Below are positions 8,660 through 17,874 of a DNA stretch of 64,000 nt, in pieces (position 1 is the first letter of the stretch; each line of letters opens with the position of its first letter). Source of the stretch: Candidatus Woesearchaeota archaeon (GTDB lineage Archaea > Nanobdellota > Nanobdellia > Woesearchaeales > ARS49); the NCBI GenBank assembly GCA_016203305.1, contig JACQMY010000020.1, forward strand, positions 8,003 through 72,002, written 5' to 3'. The position numbers and the translations under genes are program-made. The notes below the pieces were generated by a model, which worked only from the letters and a program-made list of their open reading frames with translations, was not told where the DNA came from and ran no database searches.

Positions 8660-10366
8660 CTACTTGTGCGCGAACCAAAATGTTAGTTTATCCTTCTCCT
8701 TCTTGTCCAAACGGCAGAAGCCAAAGCGCTCGAATTGGACCATGTCTCCGGCTTTGAGATCTTTCAAACCAATTTCGCCCAGTCCTTTTATCAATTTCTT
8801 GTCGGTCATCAACACTTCAACGTTCACATTATCAGCATCCCTTGGAAGCCAGTGTAAGGTGGATTCTCCACGCTCGCGATACACAACGTAGTCAGTGCTG
8901 TCAAAAATAAACTCCTTGCCCTCCTTGCGGAAGTTCAAACAATCCATCAGACGATAAAGCTTCTTTGCCTTCGTCTTGTTGAGATCATCCTTGGAAACAT
9001 AAAACTCAGTGTTTGCATTAAAAGAACGATCGCCACGCTTATGATAATCGGGATGCAAGTGAAGTTTGACAGTCTGCTCAGGTGCGTTTTTAACAGTCAA
9101 TTTTACAGGATTTGCAACGAAAAAGTATCTGTTCGCTACAGGGTCGATAATGTCGCGGTTGTGAGCCTCCAAACTCTTGAAAAAATCATCAGCAGGAACA
9201 ACCTTGTCATTCAAACCAATGCCCATGTCCATCGCAAAACGATGGAAAGCACCAGGTTGAAAGCCACGACGCTTCATTGCTGCTAAGGTAACCAAACGAA
9301 TGTCGTCCCAGTCATCATACTCGCCACGCTCAATGGCTGCCTTGATCTTGCGCTTGCTAATCTCAACACCCTCAAAATTAATCTTGCCAATATAGGAATG
9401 AGTTGGAGAATTCCAGCCAAAAAAGTTGTAAATATGCTGCTGGCGCTTCGCATTATCCATATGATCCTTCCCGCGAATAGTGTGCGTTACGCCCATCTCA
9501 TGATCGTCAATAGCAACAGCAAAATTCATCAAAGGCCAAACTTTATACTTATCCTTCGTTCTTGGGTGCACGTTATGATTAATCCGCATAGCAGGCCAGT
9601 CACGCATTGCAGGATTCGGATCATTAATGTCAGTCTTAATTCGTACCACTGCCTGGCCAGGCTCGTACTCAACAAACATCTTATCCCAACGAGAAACTTG
9701 CTCCTTGATTGACAAATCCCTGCAAGGACATGGCTGCTTTTTCATCACAAAATTCCTAAATAAATCACCAGAGCAAGTGCAAACATAAGATTGACCTTTG
9801 TTGATCAACTTCTCCATATAATCATAATAAGTCTCCAAACGATCACTCTGAATGATAACCTTGTGGATATGATTGTCGGTCATCCAATTCCAATCCTGTT
9901 CGGTAAGCCTGTAAGCAGGCTCGTAAATCTCCTCAGGATTCGTGTCCTCAAAACGCAAAATAAGCTTGCCATCATACTCCCTGCAATACAAATGACTCAA
10001 CGAAAAAACAACACCATGACCGATGTGCTGCATACCACTCGGACTTGGAGCTAAACGCATAACAACCTTGCCTTTGACCGCATTAGGCAACGGCTTAAGC
10101 TTTTTTTCTTCAACAACCTTTTTTTCAACCAAAAGTTCAGGAGCAAGCTTTTGCAATTCCTCTATTTGCTGTTCAACAGGAATGACTTTGACTTCATCAC
10201 AAATATTCTTGATCTCCGGCGTTAACGCCTTCAAATTAGCTTTTAACTCAGGACGCTCGCCAATCAATTTACCAACAACAGCCCCCATATTAGGAACACC
10301 ATTGTATTTACGAGCGTTATCCAAAGCGTACTTACGGATGATAAGCTTAAGGTCGTCCATGCACAC
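8660..10366 (-). CDS. gltX: Glutamate--tRNA ligase, archaeal/eukaryal type
   Basis: Class I HIGH motif (PSPSGMQHIGH), ILRFEDTNPE, and the WDD.R..TL..RRG signature of the GluRS/GlnRS family. The N-terminal ~100 aa (YALDNARKY...) is typical of archaeal GluRS. Confidence 0.85.
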   Translation of the reverse strand: MCMDDLKLIIRKYALDNARKYNGVPNMGAVVGKLIGERPELKANLKALTPEIKNICDEVKVIPVEQQIEELQKLAPELLVEKKVVEEKKLKPLPNAVKGKVVMRLAPSPSGMQHIGHGVVFSLSHLYCREYDGKLILRFEDTNPEEIYEPAYRLTEQDWNWMTDNHIHKVIIQSDRLETYYDYMEKLINKGQSYVCTCSGDLFRNFVMKKQPCPCRDLSIKEQVSRWDKMFVEYEPGQAVVRIKTDINDPNPAMRDWPAMRINHNVHPRTKDKYKVWPLMNFAVAIDDHEMGVTHTIRGKDHMDNAKRQQHIYNFFGWNSPTHSYIGKINFEGVEISKRKIKAAIERGEYDDWDDIRLVTLAAMKRRGFQPGAFHRFAMDMGIGLNDKVVPADDFFKSLEAHNRDIIDPVANRYFFVANPVKLTVKNAPEQTVKLHLHPDYHKRGDRSFNANTEFYVSKDDLNKTKAKKLYRLMDCLNFRKEGKEFIFDSTDYVVYRERGESTLHWLPRDADNVNVEVLMTDKKLIKGLGEIGLKDLKAGDMVQFERFGFCRLDKKEKDKLTFWFAHK

Positions 10367-10439
10367 AAGAAGTCAATGATTGCTATTTAAAGCTGACTGT
10401 GCCGAAAGCTATAAAAACCCCACCTTGCGGCGATTCTTT

Positions 10440-11048
10440 ATGAGCAGATTAGAATACAGAGTACAGCCACCAAGTCACGAACTATTCCAAGAAGCACTTG
10501 AGACCTTGCCTTGCCCAGTGCGGCAGCTTAAGGTACGCTTCTTCGCAAATGGATTCATCCCTCCAGAACGAGATGCTGGTGAAGATGCCGTCAATGCATA
10601 TCTTGCACAATGTTCAGAGCATGGAATTATACCAAACTCGTATTCTCAGCTTGAAGTCCACGAAGGTGGCAGATTCTCGACCGATAACTATCGCGCGGAA
10701 ACACTACGAAATGCACCTCCGCGTGCAATGAAAGCATTCCTCCAAGGAGGCAGAGTCAACCACGTTGAAGTTTTCATGCGCGATGGGGATAAAGAAAAAA
10801 TGCGCACATTGAAAGAACTTGTGTTCCCTGAGCTCAAAAAAGCAGCCTACTTGCCTCAATGCGCGAATATCGCGGTAACCATCCGTGGTGAGAGCGCAGA
10901 AAACTCCCTATTCCTTGGATTTGGACGGATCAACCCAGGCCTCTGGCTCTGCTTTGACAGTCTAACCGCAGAACAGCTTAGCGTTTTTGATCCGTGGTAT
11001 CGGGCACTCAAAGAGAAATACCACGACGAGACTTATGTTGAAGAATGA
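10440..11048 (+). CDS. Hypothetical protein (202 aa)
   Basis: The ATG at 10440 follows the TATA-like GCTATAAAAAC at 10408-10418. No family recognised. GC is slightly above its neighbours. Confidence 0.45.
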   Translation: MSRLEYRVQPPSHELFQEALETLPCPVRQLKVRFFANGFIPPERDAGEDAVNAYLAQCSEHGIIPNSYSQLEVHEGGRFSTDNYRAETLRNAPPRAMKAFLQGGRVNHVEVFMRDGDKEKMRTLKELVFPELKKAAYLPQCANIAVTIRGESAENSLFLGFGRINPGLWLCFDSLTAEQLSVFDPWYRALKEKYHDETYVEE

Positions 11049-11091
11049 TTCTTACTAACGCTGCAGCTTCTTCCGTTTATGTGTCCAGTAT

Positions 11092-11433
11092 CTACTTTAT
11101 GATTATATTGTCTTCAGATATAATTGCGATCTTCCCGTGGAGTTGGTTGAGGACTCCTGATAGTAGAACATGAAGGAGAACAGAGGAAACTGTTTCTGGA
11201 TCTTGATGCCGGCAACGCATGAGAATTACGCCAACTTTCTTGTAGAACGATACTTGAGCGAAATCCTTGTCATGGGTGATGATCACTCGCTGTTCTCGCT
11301 TTGCCATTGAGAGAACATGAACATCGGAGCTGCCGGAAAGTTGCTCCTCCTTGATATCCTTGACATCAAACCCTCCTGCGCGTATTCTTTGAACAACAAG
11401 TGCAGCGACGTTTTCATCCGTTAGGAACTTCAT
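11092..11433 (-). CDS. DUF5615-type (PIN-like) putative toxin, paired with the DUF433 gene
   Basis: MKFLTDENV....ITHDKDF is typical of DUF5615. It is 4-nt overlap coupled to the upstream DUF433 gene. Confidence 0.6.
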   Translation of the reverse strand: MKFLTDENVAALVVQRIRAGGFDVKDIKEEQLSGSSDVHVLSMAKREQRVIITHDKDFAQVSFYKKVGVILMRCRHQDPETVSSVLLHVLLSGVLNQLHGKIAIISEDNIIIK

Positions 11434-11660
11434 GCGAGTTGCGCAACGGCATAGAGCTCTTCGTTGCGAAGAACGCGAGATGCATATGCAAGCGCAGCAA
11501 GAACATCCTCGCGCTTGAGTTCAGGGTAGTTTTTGAGAATCTCCGCAATAGTCATGCCAGAGGCAAGAAGTTCAAGAATAAATTCCACGGATATTCGCGT
11601 CCCTCGAATTATCGGTTTTCCAGCAAGGATTTTCTTATCAATGATTATTCGGTCACTCAT
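11430..11660 (-). CDS. DUF433 protein (putative antitoxin partner of DUF5615)
   Basis: MSDRIIIDKKILAGKPIIRGTRISVEFILELLASGMTIAEILKNYPELKREDV matches the DUF433 consensus. The start is at 11660; the track ORF extends to 11777. Confidence 0.65.
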   Translation of the reverse strand: MSDRIIIDKKILAGKPIIRGTRISVEFILELLASGMTIAEILKNYPELKREDVLAALAYASRVLRNEELYAVAQLA

Positions 11661-11718
11661 AAGGGGGGATAAAAGCAGAAGCAATATATAAATTCGTTGC
11701 TGAAATATCCTTCTGCAA

Positions 11719-11973
11719 TCAGCGTTCCAGCTTCGGACTCTTGCGCTTGTGAGCCCAGCCGAGACCGTAAATGGCAACGACCACCCAAATTGTGTTCAGA
11801 ACAAAAGAAGCATACGACTCATGGCGGAAAGTCTCAATTGACAACAAAGCACCACCAAACAAGTTAAGCAACAAGTAAGTGTAAGAATGCGAGTGAACCA
11901 CTTTGTGAGTCAACAACCAAAAGGCCAACAAGATAATAAAAGCACCAGACCAGCCAAGAATGTCAAGAATCAT
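11719..11973 (-). CDS. Small membrane protein (2-3 TM helices)
   Basis: Hydrophobic 84-aa ORF immediately downstream of the M56 peptidase gene. Confidence 0.4.
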   Translation of the reverse strand: MILDILGWSGAFIILLAFWLLTHKVVHSHSYTYLLLNLFGGALLSIETFRHESYASFVLNTIWVVVAIYGLGWAHKRKSPKLER

Positions 11974-12668
11974 CGCACTTTATTCCTCGCGCAACGCACA
12001 AACTTCCACGTTTTCTGAACGCGCGCTGCAAAAGAGTCAGCAGCCATTTCCTCTCGCGCAACAGAAGATGAAGAAAACCAAGCAATTGGTGAAAATGCTC
12101 GCACGATTCCATGGGAGAATTTATTCCAGGAGGCGCCGGATTTTACATGATGAAGCTCGTGCAACAAAACCGCTTCCAGCTCTTTCTGCGAAAGCACATC
12201 AAACATGCCAACAGAAACGAACACCCTCTTGCCCAACGTGAACGCTTGTGGAACACCCTTGTTGATCAAAAATAGCTCGGCAACAATGCCAGTCTTCCTC
12301 AACAATTTGTTGAACAATGCCGAGTCCAAAGGCTTTCCAACAAATCGATACGCGCGCGGCAGAATAAAGACTCCGCCAATCAAAGCAAAAGACAAAGCAA
12401 ACGGCAAAACATACAATATTGCCTTAGCAAACACGAAAGTACACCAAGCAAGCAAGCCCTCAACAAACTTCATGCTACAGTTGACTGACAAAGCGATGTA
12501 AAACAAAGGAGAAAGAACAAACACCAAGTGAGCGAACAACAGCCATGGCTTGTTATACCGCTTCCAAGCAATAAGTGAAGCCATAGCTATCAAAAGCGAA
12601 ACAGTCACCACTAACATTTTCGTTGGATTGGTAAGTAACGCTACCACGCCATCAACAACCATGGTCAC
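11970..12668 (-). CDS. BlaR1/MecR1-like M56 zinc metallopeptidase, short form without a sensor domain
   Basis: Four TM helices, then HELHHV (HEXXH) and a downstream EEMAADSFAARV (E..A.D), as in M56 anti-repressor peptidases. It overlaps the BlaI-like gene by 4 nt. Confidence 0.65.
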   Translation of the reverse strand: MTMVVDGVVALLTNPTKMLVVTVSLLIAMASLIAWKRYNKPWLLFAHLVFVLSPLFYIALSVNCSMKFVEGLLAWCTFVFAKAILYVLPFALSFALIGGVFILPRAYRFVGKPLDSALFNKLLRKTGIVAELFLINKGVPQAFTLGKRVFVSVGMFDVLSQKELEAVLLHELHHVKSGASWNKFSHGIVRAFSPIAWFSSSSVAREEMAADSFAARVQKTWKFVRCARNKVR

Positions 12669-13027
12669 CTCTTGAAACGATCATTGAAATATGACACTGC
12701 ATTCGAGCCAAAAGTCTCGATCAAACGATTGACAGTCTTCTCAACAACAGACTTCTCAAACTCCGCCTTATCTTGAGTTGGGAAATAAATATAACGCACG
12801 CCTCCACGCGCAGTTTCAACCTTTCTCGCCACAATACCCTTGTCATGGAGCCTGTCAAGGATTACAGCAACACTGCTCAATGCAACCTTCCTCTTTAACT
12901 TCTGATGAATCTCGCGAACGCGCAACTTCTTATCAGGCCAAAGAATGCCGAGTACATCTCCCTCCAACGGGCTGAGCAATGCATCAAAATCACTAACCTT
13001 TTCCTTCATAAGCCAAATAATGACCAT
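12665..13027 (-). CDS. BlaI/MecI/CopY-family winged-helix transcriptional repressor
   Basis: LSPLEGDVLGILW....VREIH......SSVAVILDRLHDKGIVAR is the penicillinase-repressor family signature. The alternative start MKEKVSDF is at 13009. Confidence 0.7.
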   Translation of the reverse strand: MVIIWLMKEKVSDFDALLSPLEGDVLGILWPDKKLRVREIHQKLKRKVALSSVAVILDRLHDKGIVARKVETARGGVRYIYFPTQDKAEFEKSVVEKTVNRLIETFGSNAVSYFNDRFKR

Positions 13028-13060
13028 TAGCTTTAAATATTTTACGCAAGTTGTAACGGT

Positions 13061-13660
13061 TTGATGAAACTACACGCATTACTGCTCACACTACTGCTTG
13101 CGTGCAGCACAACATTGACGCCAGAAGAGCAATCGTACAAAGAACTCTGCACTAAAAACAATCATGCATGGATGAGAATGAGCGAGCTCAAAGACGGACA
13201 CCCTACGGGCAACACGTGCTATGGCTGCATGCCAGACGAAAAAAACCACCTCTGCAGCAAGGAAGAGTATGACGCGCTATTGCCAAAACATGATGCTCAT
13301 GAAGCGCACATCGCAACCATGCTAGTACACGCAAATGGCAATCGCACGGTTAACATACACGACTACTCTGTAACCCTTCAACACGACCCGCTCGAAACAG
13401 ACAAAGAACTAGACTTCAAATTCTCTTACGAAAAACAAGGACAGCCGTTAACACTTCAACTCACACATTCTGCACCAATGCACGCGATCATTGTAAGCAA
13501 GGATTTGGAAAAATTCTACCACCTACATCCTGAACTTGAAAAACCTGGAACGCTAAGCACACGCCATATATTTGACAAGCCAGGAAAGTACCGGATGTGG
13601 ATAGAATTCACCTATTATAATATACAGCACACCATTGATTTTGATTTGGAAGTAAAATGA
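13061..13660 (+). CDS. Lipoprotein with lipobox LLLAC, Cys/His-containing, hypothetical
   Basis: A signal peptide is followed by the lipobox Cys. It contains C-x2-C and several His. The stop overlaps the start of the CcdA gene (ATGA). Confidence 0.55.
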   Translation: MMKLHALLLTLLLACSTTLTPEEQSYKELCTKNNHAWMRMSELKDGHPTGNTCYGCMPDEKNHLCSKEEYDALLPKHDAHEAHIATMLVHANGNRTVNIHDYSVTLQHDPLETDKELDFKFSYEKQGQPLTLQLTHSAPMHAIIVSKDLEKFYHLHPELEKPGTLSTRHIFDKPGKYRMWIEFTYYNIQHTIDFDLEVK

Positions 13661-14601
13661 AAAAAATACTGATCGCGATACTACTTTGCGTAGGACTAGC
13701 AGCAGCACTAGAGTTCCCACCAGGAGCGCAAAAAGTACTGGAACACGAGCTAAACATAGGACTGGCAATAACCTTTCTGATAGCATTCATCGGAGGAATA
13801 ATCACTTTCACATCACCATGCGGATTTGTCGTCCTGCCCGCGTTCTTCAGCTACATATTCAAAGAACGCAAAAGAGCGCTATTTATGACATCTTTATTCT
13901 CACTTGGCATGACGCTCGCTTTCATAATATTCGGCATCATAGCAGGCTTAGTTGGAAACTTCTTCAACACCTACAGAGAATTCTTCGCAATCATTTCAGG
14001 ACTGCTCTTGATATTGTTTGGCATAATGCTGATGCTAAACAAAGGCTTCTCACTATTTGATTTCAAAGTCAAACACAAACCAAACCACGGCTGGGGAGTA
14101 TTCTTCCTAGGATTCTTCTTCGCAATCGGCTGGACACCATGCGTGGGGCCAATACTCGCAGGAGTCATAGTCCTCTCCGCGCAAGCAGGAGCTCTTTGGA
14201 AATCAGTAGCATTATTTGCATTTTATGCACTTGGAGTAGCGGCACCATTGCTTCTGGTCTCATATTTTTCTGACAAATATGACTTGTCAAAATGGTTCAC
14301 CAGCAAACACGTACGCATCAAGATACTTGGCAGAACAATTTACACACACCTTTATGGAATAATTGGAGGTTTGTTGTTGGTACTTGTTGGCATTATTATG
14401 GTTGCCTATCAAGGAACAAGAGTGTTCATGGTCACGATACCCCAATATTTGCCATGGACAATGGACTTTTTCACAAGAACAAACGAAAAACTAGTTGAAA
14501 ACACATTCTTCACCGGCACAACAGCAAACGCGATAGGAATAGCATTTGCAGTACTAGTTCTTCTCGTAATGTGGCAAGCGATAAGAAAGCATGGAAAGTA
14601 G
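13657..14601 (+). CDS. ccdA: CcdA/DsbD-family thiol:disulfide electron-transfer membrane protein
   Basis: FTSPCGFVVLPAF and GWTPCVGPILAG are the two conserved Cys motifs of the DsbD transmembrane domain. Multi-pass membrane protein. Confidence 0.75.
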   Translation: MKKILIAILLCVGLAAALEFPPGAQKVLEHELNIGLAITFLIAFIGGIITFTSPCGFVVLPAFFSYIFKERKRALFMTSLFSLGMTLAFIIFGIIAGLVGNFFNTYREFFAIISGLLLILFGIMLMLNKGFSLFDFKVKHKPNHGWGVFFLGFFFAIGWTPCVGPILAGVIVLSAQAGALWKSVALFAFYALGVAAPLLLVSYFSDKYDLSKWFTSKHVRIKILGRTIYTHLYGIIGGLLLVLVGIIMVAYQGTRVFMVTIPQYLPWTMDFFTRTNEKLVENTFFTGTTANAIGIAFAVLVLLVMWQAIRKHGK

Positions 14602-14822
14602 GAGTTTTTATCTGGTTTGAATCTACTTTTCAGCCATTCATAATTAAGCTGTCTACTCAAGCCAAGCACCAGAAGAGCGAGTTCGAGACCGTCCCAGAAT
14701 GCGACTCGTTTGGAATTGTTAAAAGAATGTGAACATGCTCTCTTTATTAAGACATAGAAAAACGTATAACGTCTTTAATGATAATGGAAATTTTAATAAA
14801 CAGTTATTGAAGTTTCGCCAAT

Positions 14823-15182
14823 ATGGAGTTCGACGAATACTTTCTTAATGCACAACGAGATGGCAACGAAGTTTATCTTGGCGAGGACATTGTTCTTGTC
14901 GTATATGAAAATGGAGGTATTGCCTTGCAAACACAACACCCTACATTTTACTTCAATGGCGTATTCTGTGATGCAGAGTTTATTCCCGGAAGCGACCTAG
15001 AGCAACGCCTGAATGAATTAAGAAGGCCCGAAAACCGTCAAGGCATTAAATCTGAACTTACCAATAGACTCAGGCAACTATGGAATATTGTTCAATCTTG
15101 GCATGAAGACAATGACCCTGGAATGGACTTTGATATTCTTGGCAGATATAATCCCTGCCGTTTCAAAGGAAAACCAAAATAA
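14823..15182 (+). CDS. Hypothetical protein (119 aa)
   Basis: Intact ORF in an otherwise non-coding gap. No family recognised. Confidence 0.4.
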   Translation: MEFDEYFLNAQRDGNEVYLGEDIVLVVYENGGIALQTQHPTFYFNGVFCDAEFIPGSDLEQRLNELRRPENRQGIKSELTNRLRQLWNIVQSWHEDNDPGMDFDILGRYNPCRFKGKPK

Positions 15183-15403
15183 TATCACGACCCATTAAGA
15201 TTATCTGGATTGTGGGATGGAAGTCTACGCAATTATTTTTTCGGCTTCAGAAGTTTCAATTTCTGTTGGTTTGTACTGCTCAAGAATTCCTTTGAGTATT
15301 TGGTTATGCAGTTTTATGAGCTGTTGAACAGTTGGATTTTTCTGAATTCCTCAGAACACATTAGCTTTGACATAATAGTGAGCATCATCCAATAAAGCCC
15401 GAA

Positions 15404-16411
15404 CTACTCAACAACCAGCTTGCCACGAGCCATGTCCATGGAGCAATGGTAGACAAAAGTGCCTGCTTTGTCTGGAGTGAACTCTATTGTTGTAAGTTCG
15501 CCTACTGGAATGATCTTCCTGATCTTGAAATCAGGAAAGACAATCTCTCGTGCGCAACCAGCAGACTCCTCAGCAGTAACTTTGATTCTCAAAGGAATGC
15601 CTTTCTTTGCAACAATCACGTTCGGACTGTAAGCAGAATCCTTCATCAACAAATCAACCTCTTGAACGCTTCCTTTCAAGATCGCTTCTTTTTTATCCTC
15701 CTTCTGCTGTAGGTATGCAGGCAGTTTGAGCTCTTGGTTGCTGGCTGTTGGCGGTTGGCTATTGGCTGTTGGTTGGCTGTCAGCTATTGGCTGTTGGCTG
15801 TTAGTTTGTGGTGAGTAGTTTGTAGAGACTGCGAACGACAAACTCAAACTTAGGATCAATGCACCTAACGCGAGAATTGTCCACAAAGATATGAATCCCT
15901 TTGGCACTTCTGGCTTTTTCTTAGGCTGGCAACAACAAATTCCACAATGCACTGCGTACACCAAGCCAAGCACGCTCGCCGCGATAATTAAGGTGAAGAA
16001 TGGAATGAAAATATCTGCATTAAACGGACGCATCATCTGGCCAAGCATGGCACCCATCATGCCACCCATCGGGCCAGCAATCACGCCCTCCATAACGCCC
16101 AAATGGCCGCCAAGTCTTCCCAACGGCAAGCCGAACAACAAACCGACAAGGCTCCCGCCAATAACGCCCCATAAGAAATCACCAGTTGGAAGAACATGCA
16201 AAGTAGCAGTAACCAAGCCAGCAATCATGCCAAACGTCATGCCAACCATCATGCCGTGCATCTCATCAATCCACTTTCTGCGAGGAAGCATGTAAGCAGC
16301 AGCGCTGACTAACAAAATAAGATATGCAACAAAAAGCAGTGCGAAAGAATTGACCATACTGTTACCCTTTTTGTAAAGGTTTTTATACTTTTCGCTATCA
16401 CCCGTTTCCAT
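15404..16411 (-). CDS. Met/Gly-rich polytopic membrane protein fused through a low-complexity linker to a C-terminal cupredoxin-like domain; possible copper-handling protein
   Basis: TM helices carry MHGMMVGMTFGM and GPMGGMMGAMLGQMM plus CGICCC. The linker is SQQPIADSQPTANSQPPTASNQ. The C-terminal domain (IVFPDFKIRKIIPVGELTTIEFTPDKAGTFVYHCSMDMARGKLVVE) resembles the stand-alone cupredoxin-like lipoprotein at 35764. Confidence 0.55.
   Translation of the reverse strand: METGDSEKYKNLYKKGNSMVNSFALLFVAYLILLVSAAAYMLPRRKWIDEMHGMMVGMTFGMIAGLVTATLHVLPTGDFLWGVIGGSLVGLLFGLPLGRLGGHLGVMEGVIAGPMGGMMGAMLGQMMRPFNADIFIPFFTLIIAASVLGLVYAVHCGICCCQPKKKPEVPKGFISLWTILALGALILSLSLSFAVSTNYSPQTNSQQPIADSQPTANSQPPTASNQELKLPAYLQQKEDKKEAILKGSVQEVDLLMKDSAYSPNVIVAKKGIPLRIKVTAEESAGCAREIVFPDFKIRKIIPVGELTTIEFTPDKAGTFVYHCSMDMARGKLVVE
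15733..15828 (+). repeat. (TTGGCTN)n heptamer tract inside the 15404..16411 CDS, where it encodes the low-complexity linker
   Basis: ttggctgttggcggttggctattggctgttggttggctgtcagctattggctgttggctgttag is in the same + orientation as the intergenic tracts. Confidence 0.7.
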
Positions 16412-17039
16412 GGACGATGAAATGACCAGTCATGAAAAAAGAGAAGCAGCCAGGCATGCAAAAGAAACAGAACATCGCAAAAGACAGGAAGAACAAGAAG
16501 CACGCGATCGCAAAAAAAGCTACACCACGACCGGCATCATATTGGCGGTCTTTGTTATCTTTGCAATAGGCATAATATACCTCATGACCACAAAAGAAGA
16601 AATGTACATGCCACGAGAAATCCACTGGCACGCACTAGTCGACATAAACCTCTGCGGGCAACATAAAGATTTGCCACGCGCAGAATCAAGCGACACCGTC
16701 CATGGAAAAGCATACCGTGGAATACACCTCCTTCACACACACGATGACAACGTCATCCACATAGAAGGAGTAATTCCAAAGAAAGAAGACATAGCACTCG
16801 GAAGATTCTTTGACGCCATTGAAGTTCCGTTTGACAAAGACAAAATAATGGACGTAAAGAACGGAGATTTGTGCAACGGCAAGCCAGGATTGCTCAAAAT
16901 GTACGTCAACGACGTCCCAAGCACATCAGTCAGAGACTACATAATTGCGGCAACACCAGATGCGAGAAATCAAGTCATAAAGCTTGTATTCGAGCCAGAA
17001 GGCGGAATGCCTGCAAAATCAAATTCAACGCAAACTTAA
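16410..17039 (+). CDS. Membrane-anchored hypothetical protein with a charged N-terminus, one TM helix and a His/Cys-containing domain
   Basis: KREAARHAKETEHRKRQEEQ... then a TM helix, then HWHALVDINLCGQH...HLLHTHDD. No family recognised. Confidence 0.45.
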   Translation: MDDEMTSHEKREAARHAKETEHRKRQEEQEARDRKKSYTTTGIILAVFVIFAIGIIYLMTTKEEMYMPREIHWHALVDINLCGQHKDLPRAESSDTVHGKAYRGIHLLHTHDDNVIHIEGVIPKKEDIALGRFFDAIEVPFDKDKIMDVKNGDLCNGKPGLLKMYVNDVPSTSVRDYIIAATPDARNQVIKLVFEPEGGMPAKSNSTQT

Positions 17040-17080
17040 TATACCAGAAGCGTTTCAATATTTGTAAAGCAAGAGGGACA

Positions 17081-17800
17081 ATGACAAAAAACGACGACAT
17101 CTTCAGCGGACCATTAGTCTGGGTAATTGCAATAGCAGCAGTACTTATACTATTTAATCAAATACAACTCTACCAACTGAGCACAATGCTAGGCACGCCA
17201 GTGCTGCCAGGAAGCACGTCAACCATAGTCCGCACATTCAGCGGTGGAGATCTAAAAGAAGTTGACGTCAACAACATCAAAAGCACGCCACAAGCAGTAG
17301 CGGCAGTAGTAGACCTATCAGGCGCAAAAGACGCGCAAAGTGTAATCAACGCAATGATCCCGCAAGGAACACCAGACTACGGCAAAGACCTCGGCATCAG
17401 CTACGACGACCCGGTCACAGCACTACAATTCCTCGCGTACAAACTATATCCTGCAATAAAACAAGACGTACAACAAAACAACCCAGACGTCTGGCAAAGA
17501 TACCTGAATCTAGCAACAAAACCAGTAGGCATCAGTTGCGAATACTGCTGCGGCGTAGGACCAGTCAGCATAACAGCACAAGGACAGCTCACCTGCGGAT
17601 GCAGCCACGCACCAGCAATCCACGCAATAACACTCTACCTGATGAAAAACACAGACATGAATGACGCAGAGGTCCTCAGGGAAGTCATGCGCTGGAAAGC
17701 ACTATGGTTCCCGAAAAACATGGTAGAAATCGGCATGAAACTCGCAGGAGGAGACTCAAGCGTACTAGCAGACGTGCCATCAATGGTTGGAGGGTGTTAG
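17081..17800 (+). CDS. N-terminally anchored Cys-containing protein ending in ...VPSMVGGC
   Basis: The ATG at 17081 follows AAGAGGGAC. One TM helix. It contains CEYCCGVGP...CGCSH. Its last 8 codons and stop lie inside a conserved repeat module also found at the end of the next gene. Confidence 0.5.
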   Translation: MTKNDDIFSGPLVWVIAIAAVLILFNQIQLYQLSTMLGTPVLPGSTSTIVRTFSGGDLKEVDVNNIKSTPQAVAAVVDLSGAKDAQSVINAMIPQGTPDYGKDLGISYDDPVTALQFLAYKLYPAIKQDVQQNNPDVWQRYLNLATKPVGISCEYCCGVGPVSITAQGQLTCGCSHAPAIHAITLYLMKNTDMNDAEVLREVMRWKALWFPKNMVEIGMKLAGGDSSVLADVPSMVGGC

Positions 17801-17838
17801 GGCATTAGGATGTAGGTATTAGGTTGTAGGACGAAGAA
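17796..17838 (+). repeat. Heptamer tract (NNNTAGG)n beginning at the stop codon of the 17081 gene
   Basis: GTTAGGG CATTAGG ATGTAGG TATTAGG TTGTAGG ACGAAG. Confidence 0.75.
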
Positions 17839-17874
17839 AACTAACAATTGACATTCAATACGGAGGGGAAAAAC

